Positions 42,506 through 51,051 of a stretch of DNA of 64,000 nucleotides are shown here, piece after piece. A program made the position numbers and the translations under genes. Source of the stretch: Candidatus Heimdallarchaeota archaeon (GTDB lineage: Archaea > Asgardarchaeota > Heimdallarchaeia > Heimdallarchaeales > Heimdallarchaeaceae); assembly GCA_019057815.1 (NCBI GenBank), contig JAHLWR010000004.1:64001-128000 (forward strand), read 5' to 3'. The notes under the pieces were generated by a model. It was not told where the DNA came from and did not search any database. It saw only the letters and a program-made list of their open reading frames with translations. Numbering within the stretch: the stretch's first letter is position 1; each line of letters opens with the position of its first letter.

Positions 42506-43969
42506 ATGATGAGTTTTTGTCCTGTTGTCTTATACGACAGACAGAGGTGAGTGTATTTATTAGAGGTCAAGATATAGCGCACAGGAGATACTCTATACTC
42601 ACTCTAAGCGGATACATCACGTATCCTCCTACCCCGTTCACCTTACATTTAGGTAAAGCTTTCGGATCGCTTTTTTTCAAGATATTGTAGGCAGCATTGA
42701 CATCAGCGTTGATCAGATGACCATGAGAGGATCTAAACAAGCCTCGAGTTATCCGTTTTCCAGCATAGTGCTTCCTAGCTTCTGGGAATTCGTTATCAAG
42801 GAAACTACATTTAGAGGTATACTTTTCGGGGATGGTCTCCACGTTTATCCCTCTCTCTGCTGCTTTGTAGCGTAAGATGTCGATGATTCGCATGAAGGGG
42901 ATGGTGACAAACATTTGGGTTATCTTCTTCCAGAAATGCATCCCTTGTTTCCATTTCTTGTTGTAGCCGATAATCACCTCATGTAGCCCTCGTTCTACCC
43001 ACAAGTCTACCAAGTAACAAGTGAGCTGGTGGATAGCTTCTTTAAGTTTCCTTCGCCACTTCTCCTTAAGCTTGTAGTAGGCTTGCCCATAACTGAGCCT
43101 AGTGTTTCCTTTCAGTAGCTGCCTTTGCTGTTGAGCATATTGGATCTGTAATTGTTTCTGTTTTTTCAAATAGAATTGTGTTATACTCTTTATTCCTTTC
43201 CCTGCATCCTTGATAACAATCGGTTGGTTCCCGAGGTTATCCACAAAGGTGGCAAGGTTGACCATCCCTAAATCTACCGCTCCCTTCCGTATCATCCGTT
43301 TCTGAACTTTAGGTAAGGTTTTCTGATACACAAGTTCAAGAGTATAGCCTACTCTTCGGGGGATGATTCGCACTTCTCTTAGCTTTGTAACGGAGGTCAA
43401 TCGTGTCTTGTAATTGTATCCCACTTTCTTTGGAAGCACTAACCACTCGTTGACGATTCTTGCTTGCTGATTGGTGAAAATCGCTACCACTTCCCCGTTC
43501 TTAGGTTTGTAATTCGGTGGCTTGGGCATAGCGAAGAACTGCTCAGGATTGCTTTTCCACTCCTTTAACGCTTGAAAAAATCCTTTCCAGTTTCTGCACA
43601 GGAGTTTGAGTGTGTGTTGTGCGGTGTGCGCAGGAAGCACGCGGTAACACTCTTCATGCTTAAGTAGCTTATTCAAGTCGTTATAGAATAGAAGTTTCTT
43701 CTCTTTGTTTAATGATCTTTTTATCAGAAAGTTTGCTCGATTATAGAGATTCTTTACTTGATGACACAGTGTGCTTAACGCTGGATGATAGTTCACTTCT
43801 ATACATTCCACTCTCAGCACTGTTGTCATCGCTTCTTTATCTAGATATTCTTATAAAAACTCTCTCAATATCTGCGCTAAACTATCCATTTAAACTGATT
43901 CATCTGTAGTTAATAGTACACCAAGACAAAAACCCATCATAAAACCAACTAATAACATCTTCAGTACCT
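42506..43969 (-). mobile_element. Second tnpB-only IS200/IS605 element (ends approximate)
   Basis: Right end: TGTC-GTATAA-GACA hairpin followed by TCATCAT (end at 42506 or 42509). Candidate left end TTTAT|AGGTAC resembles TCTAT|AGGTTC of the first element. Confidence 0.6.
42567..43829 (-). CDS. tnpB: TnpB RNA-guided endonuclease (zinc-finger-less subtype)
   Basis: AVDLG, IIGYNKKWKQ, EKYTSKCSFLD, RITRGLF, NADVNAAYNI. Confidence 0.95.
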   Translation of the reverse strand: MTTVLRVECIEVNYHPALSTLCHQVKNLYNRANFLIKRSLNKEKKLLFYNDLNKLLKHEECYRVLPAHTAQHTLKLLCRNWKGFFQALKEWKSNPEQFFAMPKPPNYKPKNGEVVAIFTNQQARIVNEWLVLPKKVGYNYKTRLTSVTKLREVRIIPRRVGYTLELVYQKTLPKVQKRMIRKGAVDLGMVNLATFVDNLGNQPIVIKDAGKGIKSITQFYLKKQKQLQIQYAQQQRQLLKGNTRLSYGQAYYKLKEKWRRKLKEAIHQLTCYLVDLWVERGLHEVIIGYNKKWKQGMHFWKKITQMFVTIPFMRIIDILRYKAAERGINVETIPEKYTSKCSFLDNEFPEARKHYAGKRITRGLFRSSHGHLINADVNAAYNILKKSDPKALPKCKVNGVGGYVMYPLRVSIEYLLCAIS

Positions 43970-44162
43970 ATAAAAGCTTTTTCTAAGTCTGGATTTTGGA
44001 CTACTAGTATATCTAAACATAGGACTATCCAAAAGTACTTACTAAATAAAGTGGTCAAAGAAAAACATGAAGAGTTTTTGTCTTCTTATCTCATAAAACG
44101 AGGTGAAAAAAACTCATTATGATTTCAACAATTAGCCAAAGTATTTTTAAAACAAAATCACT

Positions 44163-44591
44163 ATGTTAGTTTTAGTATTCAATCAGATAGATAACGGTGA
44201 TGGTTATACTGACGGAGAAAAAGTAGATCGTGAGATAGATCCAACAGATCCTATTGATTATCCTATGGTACCAGAATTCTCGAGTTTATCTCTACTCATG
44301 TTATTACCTCTCCTAACAGTTATAAGCAGTTTTTTGTACATTTTTGTGGTGTTTATATAAGGTAGTATAAATTATCCTTTGAAGGATTGTAGATATGCAT
44401 CAACTTCATGGTGATCCTCAGGTCTACATCCAACAAAAACCCAAAAGCGAAACCGTAAGCATATTCGTGAGAAGATGTGGGCGGTGTAGGAGGGTATGTG
44501 GCGTACCCATGATGTGCTGAAGGCACTTCTAAAGGATTTGTACAAAATTCATGTCATAACTCTAGTTTTACGTAAAAGAAAGGAAGATTAA
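44163..44591 (+). pseudogene. Remnant 3' end of a surface protein (DGDG repeat + PEF-CTERM-like anchor), interrupted by mini-element B
   Basis: Removing 44357-44557 restores ..VPEFSSLSLLMLLPLLTVISSFLYIFVVFI|TLVLRKRKED*. Confidence 0.8.
44357..44557 (+). mobile_element. Non-autonomous IS200/IS605 mini-element B (201 bp) carrying an omega/reRNA-like scaffold
   Basis: Exact ends from ORF restoration: TTTAT|ATAAGG...GGATTT-GTACA-AAATTC-ATG-TCAT|. The internal segment is homologous to the 3' end of tnpB 42567-43829. Confidence 0.88.
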
Positions 44592-44815
44592 CTTCTTCCT
44601 CTTTTATTTCTTTTTTTCAAATACTAATTTGACCATTCCGTTTTTAAGTGGAAAGCAATTTTAGTTGATTTATAAAGAATGTCTATGACAAAAAAATCAT
44701 ATTCGTTCTTCAGAATTTGTTTTAACCTCCGAATACTATTTTCATCAACTTTAAGAAACGTACTTTAGAAAGATATTTATTACAGAATGATATTATTCCA
44801 CAAAGCTGTATTAAG

Positions 44816-45586
44816 ATGTATTATGATATAAATGGTATTAAAATGAACATAGTTTCTTTTGGTGATGGAGAAGAAACATTCCTTGGAGTTTCAGGTTTTA
44901 TTGCTAACTGGACCGTGTGGGGTTTTATTTTTGAGATAATGAGTAAAAAATGGAAATGTGTATCTTATAGTCCTCGTGGAAGTGGAGAGAGTCCTGCTCC
45001 AATTGAAACATTTTCACTACAAGCAGTAATTGATGATTTATTTGGTGTGATGGATGCTTTGGAGATTGAGAAGTGTTATCTCGGAGGAGAATCTCTGGGT
45101 GGCTCTATTGCTCTTTTAGCTGCTATGCAACAACCTGAGCGATTTAAAGGTCTTATAATTGTTAATACTTCGGGTCCAAATGTGAGACCACTTAGTGAAG
45201 AAATGAAACAGTTTATGGATTTAATAAGTACAGATCAAAAAGCAGCAATAAGTACATGTGTCGAATCAATTTTCCCAGAACCTGATATTGAACACATTAA
45301 AAACAATGCGCTTCATTCCATGCTCCATGCTGATCCAGAAACAACCATCCGTGTACTTAAATTACTTAATGAAGGAGAAACAAATGTTCCTGTTCAGAAT
45401 ATCAATATACCAACTCTAATTATCTATGGAGATTTAGATGGGCCATATACAATAGAAAATTGTAAATATCTGGCAAGAACAATACCAAATGCAGAACTGG
45501 AAGTGATTAAAGGAGCGGGGCATGTGCCATTAATCACCTATCCTAAAGAAGTCGTTGAAGCAATAGAAAGAAGATTTTCAATCTAA
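44816..45586 (+). CDS. Alpha/beta hydrolase
   Basis: GESLGG nucleophile elbow, PTLIIYG.D, GAGH. Confidence 0.92.
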   Translation: MYYDINGIKMNIVSFGDGEETFLGVSGFIANWTVWGFIFEIMSKKWKCVSYSPRGSGESPAPIETFSLQAVIDDLFGVMDALEIEKCYLGGESLGGSIALLAAMQQPERFKGLIIVNTSGPNVRPLSEEMKQFMDLISTDQKAAISTCVESIFPEPDIEHIKNNALHSMLHADPETTIRVLKLLNEGETNVPVQNINIPTLIIYGDLDGPYTIENCKYLARTIPNAELEVIKGAGHVPLITYPKEVVEAIERRFSI

Positions 45587-45704
45587 AAAATTTATTCTTT
45601 CTTTCCTTGATTTGTAGTTAAGAATAACATCTTCATTAACATTAAGAAACATGCATGAGAAAGATTTTTATGTAGAATATTGCTTTTCTACAAGGTGTAC
45701 TAGG

Positions 45705-46481
45705 ATGTTTTACGATATAAATGGAATTAAGATAAACACTGTTTCTTTTGGTTCAGGAGAAGAAACCTTTCTAGGTATAAGTGGTTTTGTTGCAGATTGG
45801 CATGTTTGGATGCATGTTTTCGAGCTTTTAAGCACTAAAATGCGCTGTATTGGTTATGATCATCGTGGTGCAGGAGAAAGTACAGCACATCCTGAATCAA
45901 TTACAAAACAATCATATGTTGATGATTTGATAGGAGTAATGGATCAATTAGGTGTTGACCAATGTATTCTAGGAGGAGAGTCTTTTGGTGGTACCGTTGC
46001 TATTCTAGCAGCTTTACAACATCCTGAACGTTTCAAAGGTTTAGTAATCGTTAATACTTCTAGCTCAAGCGCAACACCACTTAATGAAGGAGAAAAACAA
46101 TTCATAAATCTAATAAGAACAAATCACTTATTAGCCATGGAACAGTTCATTGAAAATGTCTTCCCAGAACCAAATATTGAACACCTTAAACGCTGGGGAG
46201 TTCACATCTGTATGAAACCTAAACCTGAAGTTGCTGTTCGTTGTATTGAATTAGGAGCTGAAGGTGACACTAATGTACCAGTTCAAGATATTAAGATTCC
46301 AACACTTGTTGTTTATGGAGATAAAGATTCTGAAGCAGCAATAAAACATTGTACTTATCTGGCTAAGACTATCCCTAATGCAACGCTAAAAGTAGTTGGA
46401 GGAGCAGGACATGTTCCAATACTTACTCGACCATATGAGGTTGTAGAAACAATAGAAAAACTATTTCCTGAAATAAAATAA
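45705..46481 (+). CDS. Alpha/beta hydrolase, tandem paralog of the upstream gene
   Basis: MFYDINGIK start matches the paralog; YDHRGAG, GESFGG, GAGH. Confidence 0.92.
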   Translation: MFYDINGIKINTVSFGSGEETFLGISGFVADWHVWMHVFELLSTKMRCIGYDHRGAGESTAHPESITKQSYVDDLIGVMDQLGVDQCILGGESFGGTVAILAALQHPERFKGLVIVNTSSSSATPLNEGEKQFINLIRTNHLLAMEQFIENVFPEPNIEHLKRWGVHICMKPKPEVAVRCIELGAEGDTNVPVQDIKIPTLVVYGDKDSEAAIKHCTYLAKTIPNATLKVVGGAGHVPILTRPYEVVETIEKLFPEIK

Positions 46482-46932
46482 GTTCCCTTAAATCATTTTT
46501 TCATAACTAATTTAACTAAACCTTTTATCTTCTTTTTTAAGTAAATTACCTAGTTTCATTTTGACATGTTTATTTGTCTGAATATTATCTGTAGTCACAT
46601 TATTGGAGCGTTTTAGTAATTTATAAATTATTGTAATTAAATATTATCTTCATAGAAGAAGTGAGAAAAAATGGAATGAGAATTATATACTCTATATATC
46701 ATATTCTGCTGAAGAGAGTTAATAATATGAAAAAAATAAACACTTTGTTTACAAGAATATCAACATTCTGAAAGAATTTAAAGAAAGTGAAGATGTAAAA
46801 AAATTACTTGTAACAGCTTTTGAGGAAGTAAAACAGAATAAATTGATTACTATTCTTGAAACTTGTTCTACATTCCAAAGAGATTGGGAATTCTGGGGGA
46901 ATAGGAGCTGAGATTTCATATGAAGAAGAAGT

Positions 46933-48732
46933 TTAGTCTTCTAGAAATTTCCTTTTAAAGAAATCTAAAGTAAGTGTATATTCACGGATTAGTGAATCTT
47001 GACCAATCAAGAGATGTCCTTTTCCTGAATCTTCTAGATATTCAAAATCTTCACCTTCATTCTTACCAATTTTAAGCAGTTTTTCTTTGAAATTTCTAGC
47101 TTCTTCTACAGGGCATCTCATATCATTTATTGCTTGAATAATTAGGATTGGAGCTCTAATATTTTCAACAAAATTAAGTGGACTTCTATCTTCATACAAT
47201 TCTTTATTTTCTTCGTAGGTACCAAATAAATATTCTATGAACATTTTGAATCCTGGAACACTTTTATCATACATGTTTTTCCAATGGGTTATTCCAACTG
47301 AGGAAGCACCAGCATTCCACCCAGCCTCTGCATATTTAGTTAGCTGCAAATTAGTCATATACCCACCATATGATCCACCGAAAATCCCTATTTTATTTGA
47401 ATCGACAAAATCTAATGATTCCAAATATTTCTTTGCATAGACGTAGTCTTTCCCATCTATTCCTCCAATATCTTTGATAATTGTTTCTCTGAATTCTCGA
47501 CCATATCCATAAGAACCTCGAATGTGTGGTGACATCACTACAAATCCTTCAGAGACCAAGACTTGTCCAAAACCGTAGAAACTCAATGTAAGTCTTCCTC
47601 CTGGACCTCCTGGTGCAAGAATTACTGCAGGATATTTCTTTCCTGATTCTATCTCTGGTTTGTATAGAACTGCATTTAATTTCTCACCATCAAATGTTTT
47701 ATACTGTACCTTTTCAGCCTTAACAAAATCTTCTTCTGTAAAACCTGCAAATTCTTTGATTATAGGTATCTCTTTTTTGTTTTCTAAATCATATAATGCT
47801 AGAATCCCTGGTGATGTTGGATCTGATCGGCTATAGATTAGATATTTATCATTATAGCAGAATTTTGTCGAGTAAATTTCTCCTTCTAATTCAGGAATTT
47901 CTTCATCTCCTGTTTCAATATCATATATCACAATATATCGTCTAAAAGGTGAATCTCTTAGAGCTAATATTTTCCTTTTATCTAAACTAATATTTACGGG
48001 AATCTCATCATATTCTGTTTTGCTAAGCCAAGTCAATTCTTCTTTTGTTGTATTATATAGACCTATCTTGGTTGTTCCTTCAACATCTGAAGATAATAAT
48101 AGCAATTCTCCATCTCGAGATGTTTCATATAACAGATCTGCTGAATCTGAAGATAACGAGATTATTTTTCTTTGTTCAGTTCCATCACTTTTTATCTCAT
48201 AAATATCTCTATTCTTTCTGTTCTCAGTATCATTTGAATGATAATAAACTAGCCCATTTTCACACCAAAAACCCTCACCACAAGGATATTTGTGGAAAGT
48301 TATCTGTTTCTTTTCTTTTGTTTCAACATTGAGAGTATAGAGATCACTAGGACCATTCTGATCTGATAATATTAGTAATGATTCTTTATTTGGACTAATA
48401 TCGCTAATAAAATCTATTGATTTTTCATTTTCAATCAGAGTTGTTTCTGTTTGTTCTTTTGTGTTATAGAGATATACATTGAAACGTTCATCCCCATCTT
48501 TATCTTTGTTAACAATCATTTCTTCCCCTTTCTTCCACCATCTAAAACTTGTACTAGTTGTTAGATTAGGAACAGTTGTGTATTCTTGATATTCCAAAGT
48601 TTCAAGATTAATTTGATAAACTTTTGAGGGTCCATCCTTATCGCTTGCAAAAAAAATCTCTTCTCTACCTAAATAGCAATAAAAAGTGTATGAAGGAATT
48701 TTAGCTATCTGTTCGATAGGTATTTTTTTCAT
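46933..48732 (-). CDS. S9 family peptidase (acylaminoacyl/dipeptidyl peptidase-like)
   Basis: Propeller N-terminus; GGP, RGS.GYG, GGSYGG, ND.RC, GH catalytic motifs. Confidence 0.92.
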   Translation of the reverse strand: MKKIPIEQIAKIPSYTFYCYLGREEIFFASDKDGPSKVYQINLETLEYQEYTTVPNLTTSTSFRWWKKGEEMIVNKDKDGDERFNVYLYNTKEQTETTLIENEKSIDFISDISPNKESLLILSDQNGPSDLYTLNVETKEKKQITFHKYPCGEGFWCENGLVYYHSNDTENRKNRDIYEIKSDGTEQRKIISLSSDSADLLYETSRDGELLLLSSDVEGTTKIGLYNTTKEELTWLSKTEYDEIPVNISLDKRKILALRDSPFRRYIVIYDIETGDEEIPELEGEIYSTKFCYNDKYLIYSRSDPTSPGILALYDLENKKEIPIIKEFAGFTEEDFVKAEKVQYKTFDGEKLNAVLYKPEIESGKKYPAVILAPGGPGGRLTLSFYGFGQVLVSEGFVVMSPHIRGSYGYGREFRETIIKDIGGIDGKDYVYAKKYLESLDFVDSNKIGIFGGSYGGYMTNLQLTKYAEAGWNAGASSVGITHWKNMYDKSVPGFKMFIEYLFGTYEENKELYEDRSPLNFVENIRAPILIIQAINDMRCPVEEARNFKEKLLKIGKNEGEDFEYLEDSGKGHLLIGQDSLIREYTLTLDFFKRKFLED

Positions 48733-48879
48733 ACAGCGTATTTCGTCTATCAATATTTAAATCTAGAACATATATCTCTAATGTGAATCACAAAATTGAA
48801 GATTCCCAAACATACTAAACACACCCACTTTCGACTTATCTTACAAAAGAACTCTATAGATATTTTGACAACATTTAAT

Positions 48880-48897
48880 TATAAGTAATCACTTATA
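48880..48897. promoter_or_regulatory. Putative ArsR operator 1
   Basis: TATAAGTAATCACTTATA, a near-perfect palindrome 6 nt before the arsR ATG; one mismatch to the core of operator 2. Confidence 0.75.
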
Positions 48898-48903
48898 CTC
48901 TTA

Positions 48904-49275
48904 ATGTCAATGAAGAAGGAGATACTTGAGGTTTCAGAGATTTTCAAAGCGTTATCGGATCCTACAAGGTTAAGATTGATCAGATTACTTGCGTCCAATA
49001 TGGAAGAAAAATTGTGCGTTGTGGATTTAGCAGTCAAACTTGGTGTATCACAACCCGCTACATCACAACACCTAAAAGTTCTAAAGACTGTTAAAATCCT
49101 CTATTCAGAAAAAGAAAGACCCAAGATATACTATTTCCTGAATCTTGTTGAGTTCAGAAGACAGAAGAAACTTGTTGATAAAATGTATGATTTTGCGTTC
49201 ACTAGATGTTCTCAAGGAGGACTGTGTGAAGATTGTCCATTTAGAGATGACTGTGAGGACGTCTCTATTGAATAA
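48904..49275 (+). CDS. ArsR/SmtB transcriptional regulator with a C-terminal 4-Cys cluster
   Basis: FKALSDPTRL, SQPATSQHLKVL HTH; tail CSQGGLCEDCPFRDDC. Confidence 0.92.
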   Translation: MSMKKEILEVSEIFKALSDPTRLRLIRLLASNMEEKLCVVDLAVKLGVSQPATSQHLKVLKTVKILYSEKERPKIYYFLNLVEFRRQKKLVDKMYDFAFTRCSQGGLCEDCPFRDDCEDVSIE

Positions 49276-49331
49276 ATCAATTTAATGTTAGCTTCGAAAA
49301 ACCTGAATCGAAGCGAGATGCAGATTAGGAA

Positions 49332-49363
49332 ATAAGTATATAAGTAATTACTTATATACTTAT
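49332..49363. promoter_or_regulatory. 32-bp perfect palindrome, putative ArsR operator 2
   Basis: ATAAGTATATAAGTAA|TTACTTATATACTTAT, upstream of the membrane protein gene. Confidence 0.8.
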
Positions 49364-49385
49364 AGCGCCTAATGAATTTAAGAAA

Positions 49386-50153
49386 GTGGATAATATGAAC
49401 AAGGCTGTAGATATGAAAAATGAAACAGAAATGAAGTATAATTGGAGAAGTATAATTACTTGGAGTTTTTTGGGGTTGGTTTTTGTGTTAATAGTAATTA
49501 TGACTTTTATGAGAACCCCTGAACAAATAACGAACAAACTTACAATAATCAGTAGTCAATTGAAGTACTATTTCCTTGCAATGCATATTGTAATTTTTCT
49601 TTTACTGGGAACTGGAATGGTATGGAAAAGATATAGGAATCAGATCTTCTTTACAATAATACTTATTCTTTCGCTATCTAGCACTATTGTTTCAAGTATC
49701 TATGTAGTTATACCAAATATCATCTTCTTTGGGGTCATAACAGTCATAATCCTTATTTCGTTTATATCAAAGAAATTAAAATTTGATTTAGAGAATGCTA
49801 AGATTATTGATTGGATATTTTCTAGTATTGGATTAATTATTGGTTTTTGGTATCTACATTGGGTTGAGGGTCCAATAGCTTTGAATGCTCTTCTTTATTC
49901 GCCCTTAGGTGGAGTAAATTGCCCTACTTTAGTCATGATAACAGCTGTATTGATACTTGCAAAGAAACCAAGGCCTATCATGTTGACAACATTTGTTGGA
50001 GCATTAACAATTTATTTTGGGTTTTTCGGTATGATACTGCTTGGTGCTTATGTAGACATAGCTTTAATTTTGTGTGGGGCGTATCTGATAATCAAAGTTA
50101 TGATCAGCAGAGTTTATACAAGAAGAGACAATGGAAAGATTAGTACTAGTTAG
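49386..50153 (+). CDS. Multi-pass membrane protein with a CPT motif
   Basis: About 7 TM helices; SPLGGVNCPT. Confidence 0.75.
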   Translation: MDNMNKAVDMKNETEMKYNWRSIITWSFLGLVFVLIVIMTFMRTPEQITNKLTIISSQLKYYFLAMHIVIFLLLGTGMVWKRYRNQIFFTIILILSLSSTIVSSIYVVIPNIIFFGVITVIILISFISKKLKFDLENAKIIDWIFSSIGLIIGFWYLHWVEGPIALNALLYSPLGGVNCPTLVMITAVLILAKKPRPIMLTTFVGALTIYFGFFGMILLGAYVDIALILCGAYLIIKVMISRVYTRRDNGKISTS

Positions 50154-50253
50154 TGCAAAAATTTCAACTTAACATTATTAGAAAAGTATTATTTCAAAGG
50201 ATTTGGAATCAGCTTCCCTAACATTTTTATTTGTTTTGATTGAATTCTGGTTT

Positions 50254-50850
50254 ATGAACATCTTCCTTGTCAGACATGGTGAAACAGATTACGGAAAAAA
50301 ACATTTCACAACAGGGCACATTGATATTCCTTTAAATGAGACTGGAAAAAAAGAAGCGCAAGCTACAGCTAAATTTCTAAAAGGAAGAAATATAGTAAAA
50401 ATACTCTCTTCAAGTTTGAGTAGAGCAAGTGAAACAGCTGAAATTATAGCATCAGAACTTAATCTGCCAATTGTAGAATATGATGAGCTCATAGAACATA
50501 CTTCAGGGAAACTTGACGGTGTATCACTCAAAGTATTCTTAGATAAGTTGAAGAGCGTCGGGGATTTTAATAAGATGGTTCTACAGTCAGGAGGGGAACG
50601 TTGGAGTGTATTCACAGAACGAGTATGGAATAAGTTTCTTGATATTGTGAAAGAAAATAAAGATGATGGTAACATCTTAATTGTAACTCATGGAGGAGTT
50701 ACTCGTACAATTATTTCTGAAATATTTGGATCTCCTTACCTTAAAGCACTTTCGCAGGGAAGTTGCTGTATAAACGTCATTAGTTACGATAAAGAAAAAG
50801 AAAATAAGTTCCGTGTGGAACTTGTTAACTACACATACCATATGATATGA
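50254..50850 (+). CDS. Histidine phosphatase family protein
   Basis: LVRHGET, SS.L.RA.ETA, VTHGG. The last two codons and the stop lie inside mini-element C. Confidence 0.92.
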   Translation: MNIFLVRHGETDYGKKHFTTGHIDIPLNETGKKEAQATAKFLKGRNIVKILSSSLSRASETAEIIASELNLPIVEYDELIEHTSGKLDGVSLKVFLDKLKSVGDFNKMVLQSGGERWSVFTERVWNKFLDIVKENKDDGNILIVTHGGVTRTIISEIFGSPYLKALSQGSCCINVISYDKEKENKFRVELVNYTYHMI

Positions 50851-51038
50851 ATTTTGTATAGATTCTTTAGAAGTGCCTACAGCACATCATGGGAACGCCA
50901 CATACCCTCTTACACTTTCTCATTTCTCTAAAATTCATGTTTCTTGGCTTCTAAAACCGCATGTAACATAGTAGTATACAATAAGGTATCTTATAGTAAT
51001 GCTCGTCTTTCTTGGAAGATGAGTGTCTTTGCAGTAAA
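50842..51038 (-). mobile_element. Mini-element C: right ~75 bp homologous to A/B, left part different (left boundary uncertain)
   Basis: 50842-50915 matches the 3' part of A/B through the terminal TCAT. 51001-51044 resembles the repeats at 56719 and 60285. Confidence 0.6.
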
Positions 51039-51051
51039 ATGAAAATTATAT

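Noticed and set aside
44385-44432. Hammerhead-like CUGAGGA...GAA on the minus strand of B (plus strand of A)
   Set aside because: Reads GAAG rather than GAAA and has no credible stem III.
44395-44520. 41-aa Cys-rich ORF in mini-element B (MHQLHGDPQ...RRCGRCRRVCGVPMMC), followed by TGA as a possible Sec codon
   Set aside because: Copy A has a stop at codon 3 and a frameshift. Conservation follows base pairing and tnpB ancestry, not this reading frame.
41424-44557. Composite transposon formed by inverted A and B around MNT-HEPN and tnpB
   Set aside because: IS200/IS605 transposition needs left and right ends on the same strand, and B has its own independent insertion site.
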